This document shows positions 34,890-44,655 of a stretch of DNA of 64,000 bases, piece by piece (position 1 is the stretch's first letter; every line of letters begins with the position of its first letter). The stretch covers positions 96,001 through 160,000 of the IMG/VR virus record IMGVR_UViG_3300033485_000002; one strand, written 5' to 3'. A model generated the notes under the pieces. It did no database searches. It saw only the letters and a list, made by a program, of their open reading frames with translations, and was not told the DNA's origin. The translations under genes and the position numbers were made by a program. The stretch comes from a virus.

Positions 34890-36617
34890 ATGTCGCACAT
34901 TCGCAAAGTCCCGTCGCCGTGGGATGATTTCCTTTCGTTAGTAGACACTCCGGATACGTATGCCGCGCAGGGGGGCAAGTTTGTCCGGGTGAACTCCACG
35001 CCAGATGCGTTGGAATTCACTGATGATGTCGTACCTAAGTCTGGCGCGACAATGACAGGGTATCTGACCCTGCATGCTGACCCGACGAACGCGATGCATG
35101 CTGTCACCAAGCAGTATGTGGACGGCGTGTCGATCGGACTCGACTTCAAGGAGTCAGTACGGCTCGCTACCACCGTAACTGATGGAAACCTCGATCTGAA
35201 CGGTGCTGAAACCATTGACGGTAAGGCTACCGCAGTTGGTAACCGTATTCTTGTTAAGAATCAGAGTACAGCATCGGCAAACGGTATCTATGTTGTAGCC
35301 GCAGGGGCGTGGTCTCGTGCTACGGATGCTGATTCCAGTGCAGAAGTTACTGCGGGCATGTTCTGCTTCGTTGAAGATGGTGATACTTACGCCGATACCG
35401 GCTGGGTATTGACCACTAACAACCCGATTACCCTTGGCGCTACGGGTTTAACCTTCACTCAGTTTTCTGGACCGGGGTCATACACTGAAGGTAATGGTAT
35501 TGACATTACCAATCAGGTTATCTCCGCTGATTTCGAGAACACCGATGGTGAGATTCTTGCGATCGGTACGCAGGATGCGGGTGATAGTAACAAGGTAGCC
35601 CGTGCGGACCACGTTCACGCCCATGGTGATCAACTTGGTGGTTCCTTGCACGCGGATGCCGTGGCTGGTGTATCTGATGGTTTCATGACTTCCGCAATGG
35701 CTACAAAGCTTGATGGGATTGAGGCAGGAGCCGAAGTCAACCAGTATGCCTTCTCGAACGTGGATGTGAATGGGGCAGAAGTTGTAGTTGCCGCAGACGC
35801 TAAGACCGATACTTTGTACCTTATCGAAGCAAACGTTATCAATATCACTGGTAATGCTACTGCTGATTCGGTAACCATTGGTCTCTCGAACGGTACTGAA
35901 GGCCAAGTCATTCGGATGGGTTCATCTGCTCCGGAATGGTACACCCTCGGGGTTGGTGCCACCACGTTCCTCACCCTGACTGACACCCCGGATGACTACA
36001 CGGATGATGGTGGCAAGCGTGTTGTTGTCAACGCTACCCCGGATGCGCTGATCTTTGAAGCTAACACCTTCGTGAACATGGATGACACGCCAGCTAACTA
36101 CACTGATGCGGCGAATAAAATCCTGAAGGTAAACAGTGGTGGAACCGCTGTCGAGTTCGTGACTGCTGGTACCGTCCCGAGCACTTCGACTACTGGGTAC
36201 ACCCTCTATTGGAATGGCACCACCTGGACGGCATCGAACATCCTCTTTAACGAGCATGCGAGTGCCGAGGTCGGCATCAACTCCCAGGCTCCGAACTCGA
36301 CGCTGCATGTCGAGGGGTCTTACTCGGGTAAGGTCTATACCACGACTGCTTCGTATGACCTTGGATCCGGTTCTAACGGTGCTATCAACACCCTGTTGTG
36401 CAATAACACGAGTGGTTCGATCACTATCACGCTTCCGGCTGTGTCCGGTTTAGGTGGTCGGACGTACCACATTAAGAAGATTGGTGCAGCAGGAAATGAT
36501 GTCGTGATTGACGGTGCAAGTTCAGAAACCATCGATGGTGCCACTACCTTCACGATGGACATTCAGTATGAGTCGGTCACGCTCGTTTGCAACGGATCAG
36601 CTTGGTTCATCGTGTAA
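34890..36617 (+). CDS. Tail fibre / decoration protein
   Basis: HAVTKQYVD; KESVRLATT...RILVKNQ....NGIY......WSRATDAD; 3x xxDTPxxY repeats; same C-terminal domain as 33876. Confidence 0.8.
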   Translation: MSHIRKVPSPWDDFLSLVDTPDTYAAQGGKFVRVNSTPDALEFTDDVVPKSGATMTGYLTLHADPTNAMHAVTKQYVDGVSIGLDFKESVRLATTVTDGNLDLNGAETIDGKATAVGNRILVKNQSTASANGIYVVAAGAWSRATDADSSAEVTAGMFCFVEDGDTYADTGWVLTTNNPITLGATGLTFTQFSGPGSYTEGNGIDITNQVISADFENTDGEILAIGTQDAGDSNKVARADHVHAHGDQLGGSLHADAVAGVSDGFMTSAMATKLDGIEAGAEVNQYAFSNVDVNGAEVVVAADAKTDTLYLIEANVINITGNATADSVTIGLSNGTEGQVIRMGSSAPEWYTLGVGATTFLTLTDTPDDYTDDGGKRVVVNATPDALIFEANTFVNMDDTPANYTDAANKILKVNSGGTAVEFVTAGTVPSTSTTGYTLYWNGTTWTASNILFNEHASAEVGINSQAPNSTLHVEGSYSGKVYTTTASYDLGSGSNGAINTLLCNNTSGSITITLPAVSGLGGRTYHIKKIGAAGNDVVIDGASSETIDGATTFTMDIQYESVTLVCNGSAWFIV

Positions 36618-36629
36618 CCGGGAGGTTAC

Positions 36630-39368
36630 TTGAGTCATATTCTGGAGTTCCTCGATCTTGTTGACACTCCAGATACTTTTGGTGCGTCCGGAAGTATCTT
36701 AGTAGTCAATGGCACTGGAACTGCGCTGGAATTCGTCACGGGCGTCAACGCCAGTTCCATTGGTGGGTCAGCCGTTGGTACTTTAGCCCCATCAGATGGG
36801 CAAGTTATTGTTTTTGAGGGTGTAACGAATGACCAGTGGGAGGCTGTAACTCCGGTTTGGTTGCGTAAAGACGGGGATAGCATGACGGCAGGTGATCTGA
36901 CGTTATTTCAGAATCCGTCCAACAATATGCATGCGGCCAATAAGAAGTGGATCGAGGACAATTTCTCTGCCGGAAGTCATGCTCACGATTCTACTTATTT
37001 GAAGCTCGATGCCAGCAATGACCCGATGACGGGTACTTTAGAGTGGACCAATGCTGCTGGCCCGAGCATCATGAATGAGGCAGCAGACAGTACAAATCCT
37101 ACGCTCGTTCCTAACAAAGCTGACCCGGATACTGGAGTTGGCTGGAGTACTACAAATATCCTTTCCCTGGTTGCTGGAGGGGCAGAATCGCTTTCTGTTG
37201 CCGCTGGTACTGTTTCTATTGTAGCTAGTGATTTAGTACTAGCTAAAGCTCAGGAGTTACAAGGATTAGATTCTGAAGGTACCGCTCGTTCTCTAGTTTC
37301 TTTAAATGACTCAACGAATGTTGTTTACTTTGGGGATATACACAATAGTGCCGTTATCTCTGTTCTTGATACGTTAACTATTACAGGTGGGGATGTTTTA
37401 CTTGATAATAATGAAACGTATCAAGGAAAACTAGTAGGGGGTACCGTTGTTGGGTTTGCCGGGATAAACACTTCGGACCAAGTACAACTTGGGAACTCAT
37501 CTTACCCGCTAGATCTTATTGGGACTAAAACTGTAGCATTTCCCGCACTAGTGAATGCTGTTGCATTACAATGGCGAGATGCGACTGATACTGGTACAAT
37601 TACCGCACTTACTGTTAATTCGTCTAATGGTGTGGATGTTGGAACTACCTCATTTTTAACAACACTTAAAGGAACTTATATTGTTGCTGACGGGGATATT
37701 CGTGTTACTACTGGTGATGCAATTCAGTTCCAAAATGTTAGTGAAACTTGGTTAGATGCTTTATCGGTTACGAGTAGTGTTTTATACTTAGGAAGTTCTT
37801 TTGCTAGCATTGTTATCGATGACCCGATTTCAGCTAATGTTGTGTTAAATAATGCCATCGTGCTTCAGGGTAAAGAAGTTGGTGGTACTGCCCGAAACCT
37901 CATCCTGTTAAATGATAGTGACGAAGTTGAGGTCGGGTCTAGCTCCGTTGAGCTGAATTTTATGGGGACGCAAATTGATGCTGTCCCGATTCTTACGTGT
38001 GATCTAGTATTTAAGGATTCCGCAGGACCAACTATTTTAAACGAAGCCGCCACAGCTACAAATCCTACTCTTATTCCGAATAGGGCTGATCCTGACACAG
38101 GTGTAGGTTGGGGGACAACGAATGAAGCTACACTTATTGCTGGTGGTACAGAGGTTGTCCGAGTAGCGGGTGGTACAGTTACTGTAACTGCTAGTAATGT
38201 TGTACTAAGTAATGCTAAAGCGATACAAGGTAAAACAACCTCAGCGGCTGTACGAGAGTTAATTGGAGTTGATTCTAGTGATATAGTTGAAGTAGGATCT
38301 ACTTTTCTAGCCACTCTTATCAATGGTACAAGTGTTACATCCAACACGGATATTCGTGTGGATGGAGCAAACGCTTATCAGCTCAACCTTGGTGGAACAA
38401 GTGGTGTTTTCTCCGATGCTCTGAGTGTTGACAGCACGGGGTCTGATTTCGTTGTCCTTGGCAACACTAGTTACGAGACGAAGATCAAAACATCAGGTGG
38501 GGTAATTCTCGACAACGCAAAAGCGCTTCAAGGTACTGCTCTTATTACAGGTACCTTTTACGACCTTATCCAACTTAATGCTTCCAATGAAGTTGCTGTA
38601 GGCAATACAAGCGTAGCTTTGAATCTTCTAGGGACGCAAATTGATTCTATCACTGCTCTTGCGAATACTGTGTACCTTCAGGCGGAAGAGTCGGGAGGAA
38701 CTGCTCGTAACCTTATCGGGATGGACAGTTCTAATGATGTTGCTGTTGGTAGCACATCTAATACGCTTGACCTAAAGTGTACTGATTATGTAACTTTAGA
38801 TAATATGGGGGTTGTTAGAGTCGGTAATATTTCTGGGGGTAACTACACCGATATATCTGGTACTGCTGGGAGTCTGTACCAGTACGGAACTTCTATTGTT
38901 GATACGGAGAACTATGTAACAGCAGATGAGGGAGTACGCTCCAAATTATTTGAAACAAACAAGGTGCAAACTCTTGCCAATGATACTGCTGTAAACCCGT
39001 TTACGTGGAACGCAACGACTACTGGGGATCACATCTTCGTGATGATTCCTTATTCATTTTTCTGTTCGTATACTGAATCTTCCACGACAAAATACTTCCA
39101 ACAATCTGGGGTTTACTACTGGATGGGGTTCCATGACGGCACGAATATCAACTTGACCAGCATGTCAGGTTCTATCCCGACCCCGGTTACGGTTAATACG
39201 GGCACAGGAACAGTTGCCGTCACGATTAACGCTGGAGCAGATGGTACTCCTCCGAAAGGGCCGAACTGGAAGATTGCCGTTAGCGGGACAGGTACTTTCG
39301 TTTCCGGGAACGTTCAGTACTGCGTTATCTCTTGTGACTCTGACCATCGTGGGTTTAACACCCTTTAG
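36630..39368 (+). CDS. Long tail fibre protein with internal repeats (912 aa)
   Basis: GGAGG SD, TTG start; duplicated GPxIxNEAAxxTNPTLxPNxADPDTGVGW; repeated GGTARNLI/VxVGSTS units. Confidence 0.8.
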   Translation: MSHILEFLDLVDTPDTFGASGSILVVNGTGTALEFVTGVNASSIGGSAVGTLAPSDGQVIVFEGVTNDQWEAVTPVWLRKDGDSMTAGDLTLFQNPSNNMHAANKKWIEDNFSAGSHAHDSTYLKLDASNDPMTGTLEWTNAAGPSIMNEAADSTNPTLVPNKADPDTGVGWSTTNILSLVAGGAESLSVAAGTVSIVASDLVLAKAQELQGLDSEGTARSLVSLNDSTNVVYFGDIHNSAVISVLDTLTITGGDVLLDNNETYQGKLVGGTVVGFAGINTSDQVQLGNSSYPLDLIGTKTVAFPALVNAVALQWRDATDTGTITALTVNSSNGVDVGTTSFLTTLKGTYIVADGDIRVTTGDAIQFQNVSETWLDALSVTSSVLYLGSSFASIVIDDPISANVVLNNAIVLQGKEVGGTARNLILLNDSDEVEVGSSSVELNFMGTQIDAVPILTCDLVFKDSAGPTILNEAATATNPTLIPNRADPDTGVGWGTTNEATLIAGGTEVVRVAGGTVTVTASNVVLSNAKAIQGKTTSAAVRELIGVDSSDIVEVGSTFLATLINGTSVTSNTDIRVDGANAYQLNLGGTSGVFSDALSVDSTGSDFVVLGNTSYETKIKTSGGVILDNAKALQGTALITGTFYDLIQLNASNEVAVGNTSVALNLLGTQIDSITALANTVYLQAEESGGTARNLIGMDSSNDVAVGSTSNTLDLKCTDYVTLDNMGVVRVGNISGGNYTDISGTAGSLYQYGTSIVDTENYVTADEGVRSKLFETNKVQTLANDTAVNPFTWNATTTGDHIFVMIPYSFFCSYTESSTTKYFQQSGVYYWMGFHDGTNINLTSMSGSIPTPVTVNTGTGTVAVTINAGADGTPPKGPNWKIAVSGTGTFVSGNVQYCVISCDSDHRGFNTL

Positions 39369-39376
39369 GAGATCAG

Positions 39377-39628
39377 ATGCCAGTTACACTTTGGCCGACA
39401 GGACTTGAAATTACTGACGAGCAAGCAACACGGCTCGATAATTTTGTAGTTGCTATGATGTTATCTCGATATCGTGACCTACATAATGGAGAAGATCCTC
39501 CAGGTTGGCCGAGTCAGCTTGCACATCGGACACTTGCGGAGTGGTCGATTGAGCATTTGACCATTTCCCGTGTACGTGCATGGGAAAGAGATATATTGGA
39601 AAACTCTGTAACGGTACCGGAGTGGTAA
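39377..39628 (+). CDS. Hypothetical protein (possible fibre chaperone)
   Basis: AGGAG SD; follows fibre gene. Confidence 0.55.
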   Translation: MPVTLWPTGLEITDEQATRLDNFVVAMMLSRYRDLHNGEDPPGWPSQLAHRTLAEWSIEHLTISRVRAWERDILENSVTVPEW

Positions 39629-39631
39629 TAG

Positions 39632-39660
39632 TTGACGATACCTCTATCTTTAGCTATAAT
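39632..39660 (+). promoter_or_regulatory. Sigma70-type promoter
   Basis: TTGACG-17 bp-TATAAT. Confidence 0.7.
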
Positions 39661-39682
39661 GTAAAGACAGGAGGTAGGAGAA

Positions 39683-39973
39683 ATGTCGTTGACTTTTCAA
39701 TGGCAGCATCCAGAAGGGTACGTTTCCCCCGAAGCCTACCTGGGTTTTACCGCGATCACAGTCCGTACTCCGAACGCCGAGGTTATCGCTGAAGTGGGTA
39801 TCTGGGAGAATAGGCGGGCTTACGAAATTCAGAGCCAGCCGTTGAAGCAGGATACCCTGCACGTGGCACTTGAAGACCTCGGGTTGACAGTGGAAGCTTT
39901 AACCTTCATCGATCTTCAAACCGCGCTGATGGAGATCCTGAAGCGCAAATACAACATTGGAGGAAGTGTGTAA
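39683..39973 (+). CDS. Hypothetical protein
   Basis: AGGAG SD. Confidence 0.65.
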   Translation: MSLTFQWQHPEGYVSPEAYLGFTAITVRTPNAEVIAEVGIWENRRAYEIQSQPLKQDTLHVALEDLGLTVEALTFIDLQTALMEILKRKYNIGGSV

Positions 39974-40404
39974 TGAGTCACAATGTGGATAAGACGAAGG
40001 CCCAGATCCCGCAAGCAGAGACGCAGGAAGCCCCCAAGGTGATCCCGTTGGCCACAGATCCGGGTACTCTGGTGGACGAGTGGCGGAAGTATCAGGGCTT
40101 TGTCGCTCAGGTCAATGTGAAGATCCGGGAGCAGCAGCAAATCGTGGCTAATGCCCAGCAAGTCATTGAAGAACTGAAAACTCAGGGTTTGCAGGTAGTC
40201 GGGCAGGCGAACACCATCTACCGGATTCTGACCGGAATGGGCGTAGACCCCAATAAATACGGCTTTTCCGAGGAACCACAGCCCGCTTCTTTTTCTCCCG
40301 AGGAAGTGACCCCCCCGGTGATGAAAGCTGTGGAAGCGCCTGTAACTAAAGAGGTTGCGCGGAATCCGAAGGTCGAAGCGATCAAAAAGCGTTTTTTACG
40401 CTAG
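39973..40404 (+). CDS. Hypothetical coiled-coil protein
   Basis: GGAGG SD, TAATG coupling. Confidence 0.65.
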   Translation: MSHNVDKTKAQIPQAETQEAPKVIPLATDPGTLVDEWRKYQGFVAQVNVKIREQQQIVANAQQVIEELKTQGLQVVGQANTIYRILTGMGVDPNKYGFSEEPQPASFSPEEVTPPVMKAVEAPVTKEVARNPKVEAIKKRFLR

Positions 40405-40476
40405 TGAGTTGAATCTCGCTTTATTGGGTGTGTGAAGGTAATTGCCCTCCCGAGAGGGCAACCCAGGAGAACACCC

Positions 40477-41283
40477 GTGGGCGAGTTTGATTACACTTAT
40501 GCGGAACGCCAGCGTGATATGAACTCTGAGCACTATCAGAAGTTCTATATCAAAACCCCTGCTGACACCGTCGAGTTCACCGTTGGTGACGAAACGGCTG
40601 AAGTTATCAACGTTGGGCTTCAGGTTGTGGACCCTAATGGGGTACCTGTCGAAGCAGTCACTGCGTTAGAGTGCATTGTCTGTAGTGACGCTGAAGGAAC
40701 AACTCCTGCGGCGATCTCCGATGTTACTGTGGCAGTGGGTACTGATGGCACCATCCTTGAGACCTATACTGCTAACGCTCGTTTCAAGTTATTGACGGAT
40801 GACGAGGGTAAGGCGGATCTCGATTTCACGGATGCTGAAGATGCTGCCGAGACGGGATATCTTGCCGTTAAGCTGGCTAACGGTAATTACGCCGTGTCCG
40901 ATGCTTTGACCTGGGGCATTGAGTACGACGTTACGTTCACTATCGGTGCTGAAGCAGGTGAAGTAATCAACGTTGGTATCCAGGTTGTTAACGCAAATGC
41001 TGATCCTGTTGCCGCTGTGATTCCGTTACTGTGCTTTGTGTGCAGTGATGCCCTGGGGGAGACTGTTGAAGCTATCCCCGATGTAACTGTGGCGGTTGGA
41101 ACAGACGGAGAGATTACCGCAACTCGTATTGCCAACGTGGACTTCACTTTGACAACGGAAGCTACAGGGGCGGCGGATCTCGACTTCACGGATGCTGGAG
41201 CTGGGGCAGAGACTGGCTATCTTGCCATCAGGCTGCCTAATGGTACGTATGTAGTGTCTAACGCATTAACCTGGACGGCATAA
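40477..41283 (+). CDS. Acidic structural protein with two tandem Ig-like domains (capsid decoration candidate)
   Basis: AGGAG SD, GTG 40477; duplicated FTxGxExxEVINVGxQVV...ADLDFTD...ETGYLA domain. Confidence 0.75.
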   Translation: MGEFDYTYAERQRDMNSEHYQKFYIKTPADTVEFTVGDETAEVINVGLQVVDPNGVPVEAVTALECIVCSDAEGTTPAAISDVTVAVGTDGTILETYTANARFKLLTDDEGKADLDFTDAEDAAETGYLAVKLANGNYAVSDALTWGIEYDVTFTIGAEAGEVINVGIQVVNANADPVAAVIPLLCFVCSDALGETVEAIPDVTVAVGTDGEITATRIANVDFTLTTEATGAADLDFTDAGAGAETGYLAIRLPNGTYVVSNALTWTA

Positions 41284-41323
41284 GCTTTATTGTCAGGACG
41301 GATAAGGACTTCAGGAGGATATT

Positions 41324-41779
41324 ATGGGAAGCACGTTTGATTACACTCAACTGGAACGGTGGAACCGGGACATCACCGCTGGCCATTACCAGAAGTTTTA
41401 CATCGAGACCCCGGTCGAGGACGTGGAATTCACCATTGGTGCAGAGCAGACGAATGTCATCAATGTGGCTTTTCAGGTGGTAGACCCGGCAGGGGACGCT
41501 ATCAATGAGCAGGTGGTTCTGCAACTGTTCATTTGTAGCGATGATGCAGGCACGACTCCCGCAGCCGGGAATGTTACTGTGGCTGAGGGAACGGATGGCT
41601 CTATCCTCGTAGATGGCACCTCTGGTGCGGGTGAGGGAGCTATCGTTGTGCTTACTGATGACGAGGGTAAGGCGGATCTCGACTTTACTGAGGCGGTTGG
41701 TGCCGCTACTAAGTATATCGGTTGCATCCTCCCGAACGGTAAGTATCAGGTTTCTACTATTCTGACTTGGGGTGCGTAA
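41324..41779 (+). CDS. Single-domain paralog of 40477 protein
   Basis: Same FDYT...HYQKFYI.TP leader and domain; shares GACGAGGGTAAGGCGGATCTCGA DNA with 40801. Confidence 0.78.
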   Translation: MGSTFDYTQLERWNRDITAGHYQKFYIETPVEDVEFTIGAEQTNVINVAFQVVDPAGDAINEQVVLQLFICSDDAGTTPAAGNVTVAEGTDGSILVDGTSGAGEGAIVVLTDDEGKADLDFTEAVGAATKYIGCILPNGKYQVSTILTWGA

Positions 41780-41807
41780 ACCTCCTGGCTTTCCCTAGCG
41801 TGTATTC

Positions 41808-41839
41808 TCGGGGGCCTCTTGGCCCCCGATTTGTTTATT
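41808..41839 (+). terminator. Rho-independent terminator
   Basis: TCGGGGGCC-tctt-GGCCCCCGA then TTTGTTTATT. Confidence 0.75.
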
Positions 41840-41884
41840 GACTGGGGCATGGGTTGATGCCTAATAGTTGTATGGAGGGAGCGC

Positions 41885-42316
41885 GTGGGTACCTCAGCTA
41901 TATTAGAACTTGGTGTAGGTGCAGCCGTTGCCCTGCTCATGATCGAGCGGGTGTATGTTTTGGTGAAGATGATTCTTGACCATAGCAAGAAAAACCCTGT
42001 TGATGAAACCATCAAGGTCATGGGGGAGCAACTGCACGATTTATATTCTTGGCACGATATCAATGACGATGAAGGGGTTAAGATTTGGTATAACCGCCGC
42101 TCAGTCGAACGTGCCGTAGAAAAGATTGCCGATTCCCAGGCGACACAGACAGAGATTCTGAAGAACCTTACCCGGTTAGCGGAGACTCAAACCGAGCTGA
42201 CCAAGGAGATTCATAAGAATTCAGCTAATTTGTTCATGAACCTGACGCAATATCGGGAGACGACATGTCCGTTTCGGGGATCATTAGAGAAGTTAAAAAA
42301 CGGGGAGTCAAAGTAA
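41885..42316 (+). CDS. Single-TM membrane protein, holin-like candidate
   Basis: GGAGG SD; N-terminal TM then coiled coil; LYSWH...D.EGVKIWY. Confidence 0.55.
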   Translation: MGTSAILELGVGAAVALLMIERVYVLVKMILDHSKKNPVDETIKVMGEQLHDLYSWHDINDDEGVKIWYNRRSVERAVEKIADSQATQTEILKNLTRLAETQTELTKEIHKNSANLFMNLTQYRETTCPFRGSLEKLKNGESK

Positions 42317-42549
42317 CCCTCGCAGATATCCCGATAGGACGGCAGCCTTCGCCACAAATTCCTCGGGTGCATGAAGCCATAGAGCGTGAAATCCTGATAC
42401 AATTTCTCGATAAAATGTTAACTTGGTTTAACGCACTCGCCCTCCAAAACTACGAAAACCCTGATGTTAACGAAGTGAATGAATTTAGGCGCGAACTCTG
42501 CGCCCAGATCAACATGTTAAAAAAGTACAAATCGGCGGACGCGCCGTAA
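42265..42549 (+). CDS. Hypothetical protein (start uncertain)
   Basis: ORF track. Confidence 0.4.
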   Translation: MSVSGIIREVKKRGVKVTLADIPIGRQPSPQIPRVHEAIEREILIQFLDKMLTWFNALALQNYENPDVNEVNEFRRELCAQINMLKKYKSADAP

Positions 42550-42553
42550 TGTA

Positions 42554-42583
42554 TTGACAAGGCAAGGACTTAGGACATATACT
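42554..42583 (+). promoter_or_regulatory. Sigma70-type promoter upstream of the sigma-like gene
   Basis: TTGACA-18 bp-TATACT. Confidence 0.6.
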
Positions 42584-42665
42584 ACTTGCTCAGGAGCTGT
42601 AATATGACCTTGGCTATTGGGGAAAGAATACGGGCTAAGAAAGGGGTTTTGGGGAGGGGATAAGC

Positions 42666-43457
42666 GTGGCTACAGGCTGGTTCAGCTCATTGGGGTGGTG
42701 GGATCAGTATGCGGCATACGACGCATTCGATATCTATCGAGCTGAACCAACACGATCACACTTAGACATAGCGATCCAACTTGCACTTCCTATTATACGT
42801 GTTGTGTATTCGACTCAAAAGTTCAAGATAACGTACTCTGGTGACGAAGACGACTTCATTTCCCACGCTGCGTACACGATCACAAAAGCCATCCCTAAGA
42901 TGAGTCAAAAACCACGAGAAAAGCTAGATAATGACAAGAAGTACATGCGCTATTTGTTTACTTGTGTGGTCAACGCTTTTTACCGTGAATACGATATCCT
43001 CCATGGTAAGCACAACAAGCTTCAACGCCGGGTAACCGAGTACCGACCAAATCTCCAACCATCAAGTAGAGGGGAAAAGACCCATCAGTCTCTCGAAGCG
43101 GAGCTAACACTTCGAAGACTGCCTGGGCAGTTGTTTATCATTGCGGTGGATGCTATCCGGTTTGAGGGTAAACCTAAGCGCATTTGTGAATATATCTTGG
43201 GACAAATGATTCATGACCGAGAAATCGCGAAGTCGGTCCTTCAGCTCATGGGTTGCAAGGACCGACTTTTTTATGAGCAGTACTGTAACTCTGTTCTTTT
43301 CCACGCTTTCTTAACGCTTCGGCAGCACAAACCTCAATACGACGAGGAGATGGAGCAAGATATTCAGGAGGAATTCCTGAATGAGGTTGAGGACTTCCTG
43401 CCTGAAGAGGGCTATGACGCTCTCTTTGCGGCGGAAGAAGAAAGTGAGGTGGCCTGA
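42666..43457 (+). CDS. Putative phage late sigma factor (T4 gp55-like, sigma region 2)
   Basis: EDDFISHAAYTITKAI...YMRYLFTCVVNAFYRE parallels gp55 (EDMISD....C...FAYFTQIxxNAF); acidic C-terminal tail. Confidence 0.55.
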   Translation: MATGWFSSLGWWDQYAAYDAFDIYRAEPTRSHLDIAIQLALPIIRVVYSTQKFKITYSGDEDDFISHAAYTITKAIPKMSQKPREKLDNDKKYMRYLFTCVVNAFYREYDILHGKHNKLQRRVTEYRPNLQPSSRGEKTHQSLEAELTLRRLPGQLFIIAVDAIRFEGKPKRICEYILGQMIHDREIAKSVLQLMGCKDRLFYEQYCNSVLFHAFLTLRQHKPQYDEEMEQDIQEEFLNEVEDFLPEEGYDALFAAEEESEVA

Positions 43458-43458
43458 T

Positions 43459-43680
43459 ATGTCATACGCTACTCGGCAGTTTTTGCTGGCTGAAGCTGAG
43501 AAGTGGATTCAGAAGGCGACCGCCAGAATGGAAAAGAAAGGCACGAAAGGATCGTTCAGTGCGGCTGCTTCACGCGCTGGGATGGACACTCGTGCCTATG
43601 CTAGAAAAGTTTTGAATGATCCTAATGCAAGTCCCGCGATGAAGAAAAAGGCGAACTTTGCTCGTAATGTGATGAAGTGA
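43459..43680 (+). CDS. Small basic virion protein (KGxFxAAAxRAGM...ARKVL...ANFARN family) with FLLAE leader
   Basis: GAGGTG SD, ATG 43459. Confidence 0.7.
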   Translation: MSYATRQFLLAEAEKWIQKATARMEKKGTKGSFSAAASRAGMDTRAYARKVLNDPNASPAMKKKANFARNVMK

Positions 43681-43684
43681 TTCC

Positions 43685-43816
43685 GGCGTCCTGAGTGTGG
43701 ACGGCATAGGTGTGTTACTCCGATATTTGGGTTTTCGACTGGTCAGTGTACCAGCCAACTTTTTACCAGTTAGGAGATCCCCCCTATGTCGCTAGCCCGT
43801 TCAGGACGCCTTTTTT
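43685..43816 (+). ncRNA. ~130-nt rod-shaped structured RNA (6S-like architecture) ending in U6
   Basis: GGCGTCCTGA/TCAGGACGCC, CGGCATAGG/CCTATGTCG, CTCC/GGAG, CTGGT/ACCAG nested stems. Confidence 0.55.
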
Positions 43817-43829
43817 GGATGTATAAGCC

Positions 43830-44087
43830 ATGGATGACAGTAACCTTCTCCCTATGGTCTTTGGGGAATTGATAGAAAGGGCCAACAAAATCGAACAGTT
43901 AACTGATGTTGTCATGGCAGAGTATTATGCTGCTATCAACAATGACGAGAGCTTGATCCCAGAAGTGGTATCTATCCTCGGGCCGAACACCTTCGAGTTG
44001 CTCGTGAAGTACTTTGGCGGACATACAATCCGGATCCCTAAGAGCGAGGATATCCTGGCGACTGTGAGGCGTAACAATGGGCAGTGA
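43830..44087 (+). CDS. Mor/C-family-like transcription activator domain protein
   Basis: ILGPNTFELLVKYFGGHTIRIPK. Confidence 0.7.
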   Translation: MDDSNLLPMVFGELIERANKIEQLTDVVMAEYYAAINNDESLIPEVVSILGPNTFELLVKYFGGHTIRIPKSEDILATVRRNNGQ

Positions 44088-44607
44088 CCAATCTTCGTTA
44101 GCGAGGGAGATTGCGAGTCAACTTCTAGAAGCGGTTCAAACTGGTGAAAAGACCGTTGACAAGAAGCTTATCGACATGGCCGAGAATGTGCTGCACGCAC
44201 ATTCGGTATATGTGCAGTTGCTGTATGTGGCCATGGTCGTGGATCAGATCACGCAGCTCACCTACTACTTCGAGACAGTAGATGAGCTGGTCGAGACGGT
44301 GGATATCGAAGATTTTGCCGAAGCATCTACTGCCGAGAAAGTACGCGGTATCGCGGCGATGAACCAGGCGATCAAGATCAAAGTGGACGTAATCAATAGT
44401 ATGATGGCGTCCAAGGATGCGATCGGAATGTTGGTTTCCAGTATGAAGGATACGTTTGGCAGTGGCGAGCTTTCGATCGCCGAAGCTGGTGTGTCGAAGA
44501 CGCTGTTGGACAAGTTGAAGGGCTTACCTGCCGAACAGCGGCAACGGGTGCTGACAACTGCGGTCAATGCTTTACGGACTTCTATGGCTGGAGAAGGCAA
44601 CGTATAA
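44077..44607 (+). CDS. Helical protein, possible terminase small subunit
   Basis: All-alpha, upstream of TerL; positional inference only. Confidence 0.4.
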   Translation: MGSDQSSLAREIASQLLEAVQTGEKTVDKKLIDMAENVLHAHSVYVQLLYVAMVVDQITQLTYYFETVDELVETVDIEDFAEASTAEKVRGIAAMNQAIKIKVDVINSMMASKDAIGMLVSSMKDTFGSGELSIAEAGVSKTLLDKLKGLPAEQRQRVLTTAVNALRTSMAGEGNV

Positions 44608-44655
44608 TGATTGACTCTCAAAAATCAATGGGAAACGGTTGACCCGAGGTGAAGT

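Noticed and set aside
33876-39368. Diversity-generating retroelement acting on fibre tips
   Set aside because: No reverse transcriptase and no adenine-specific TR/VR repeat pair noticed in this window
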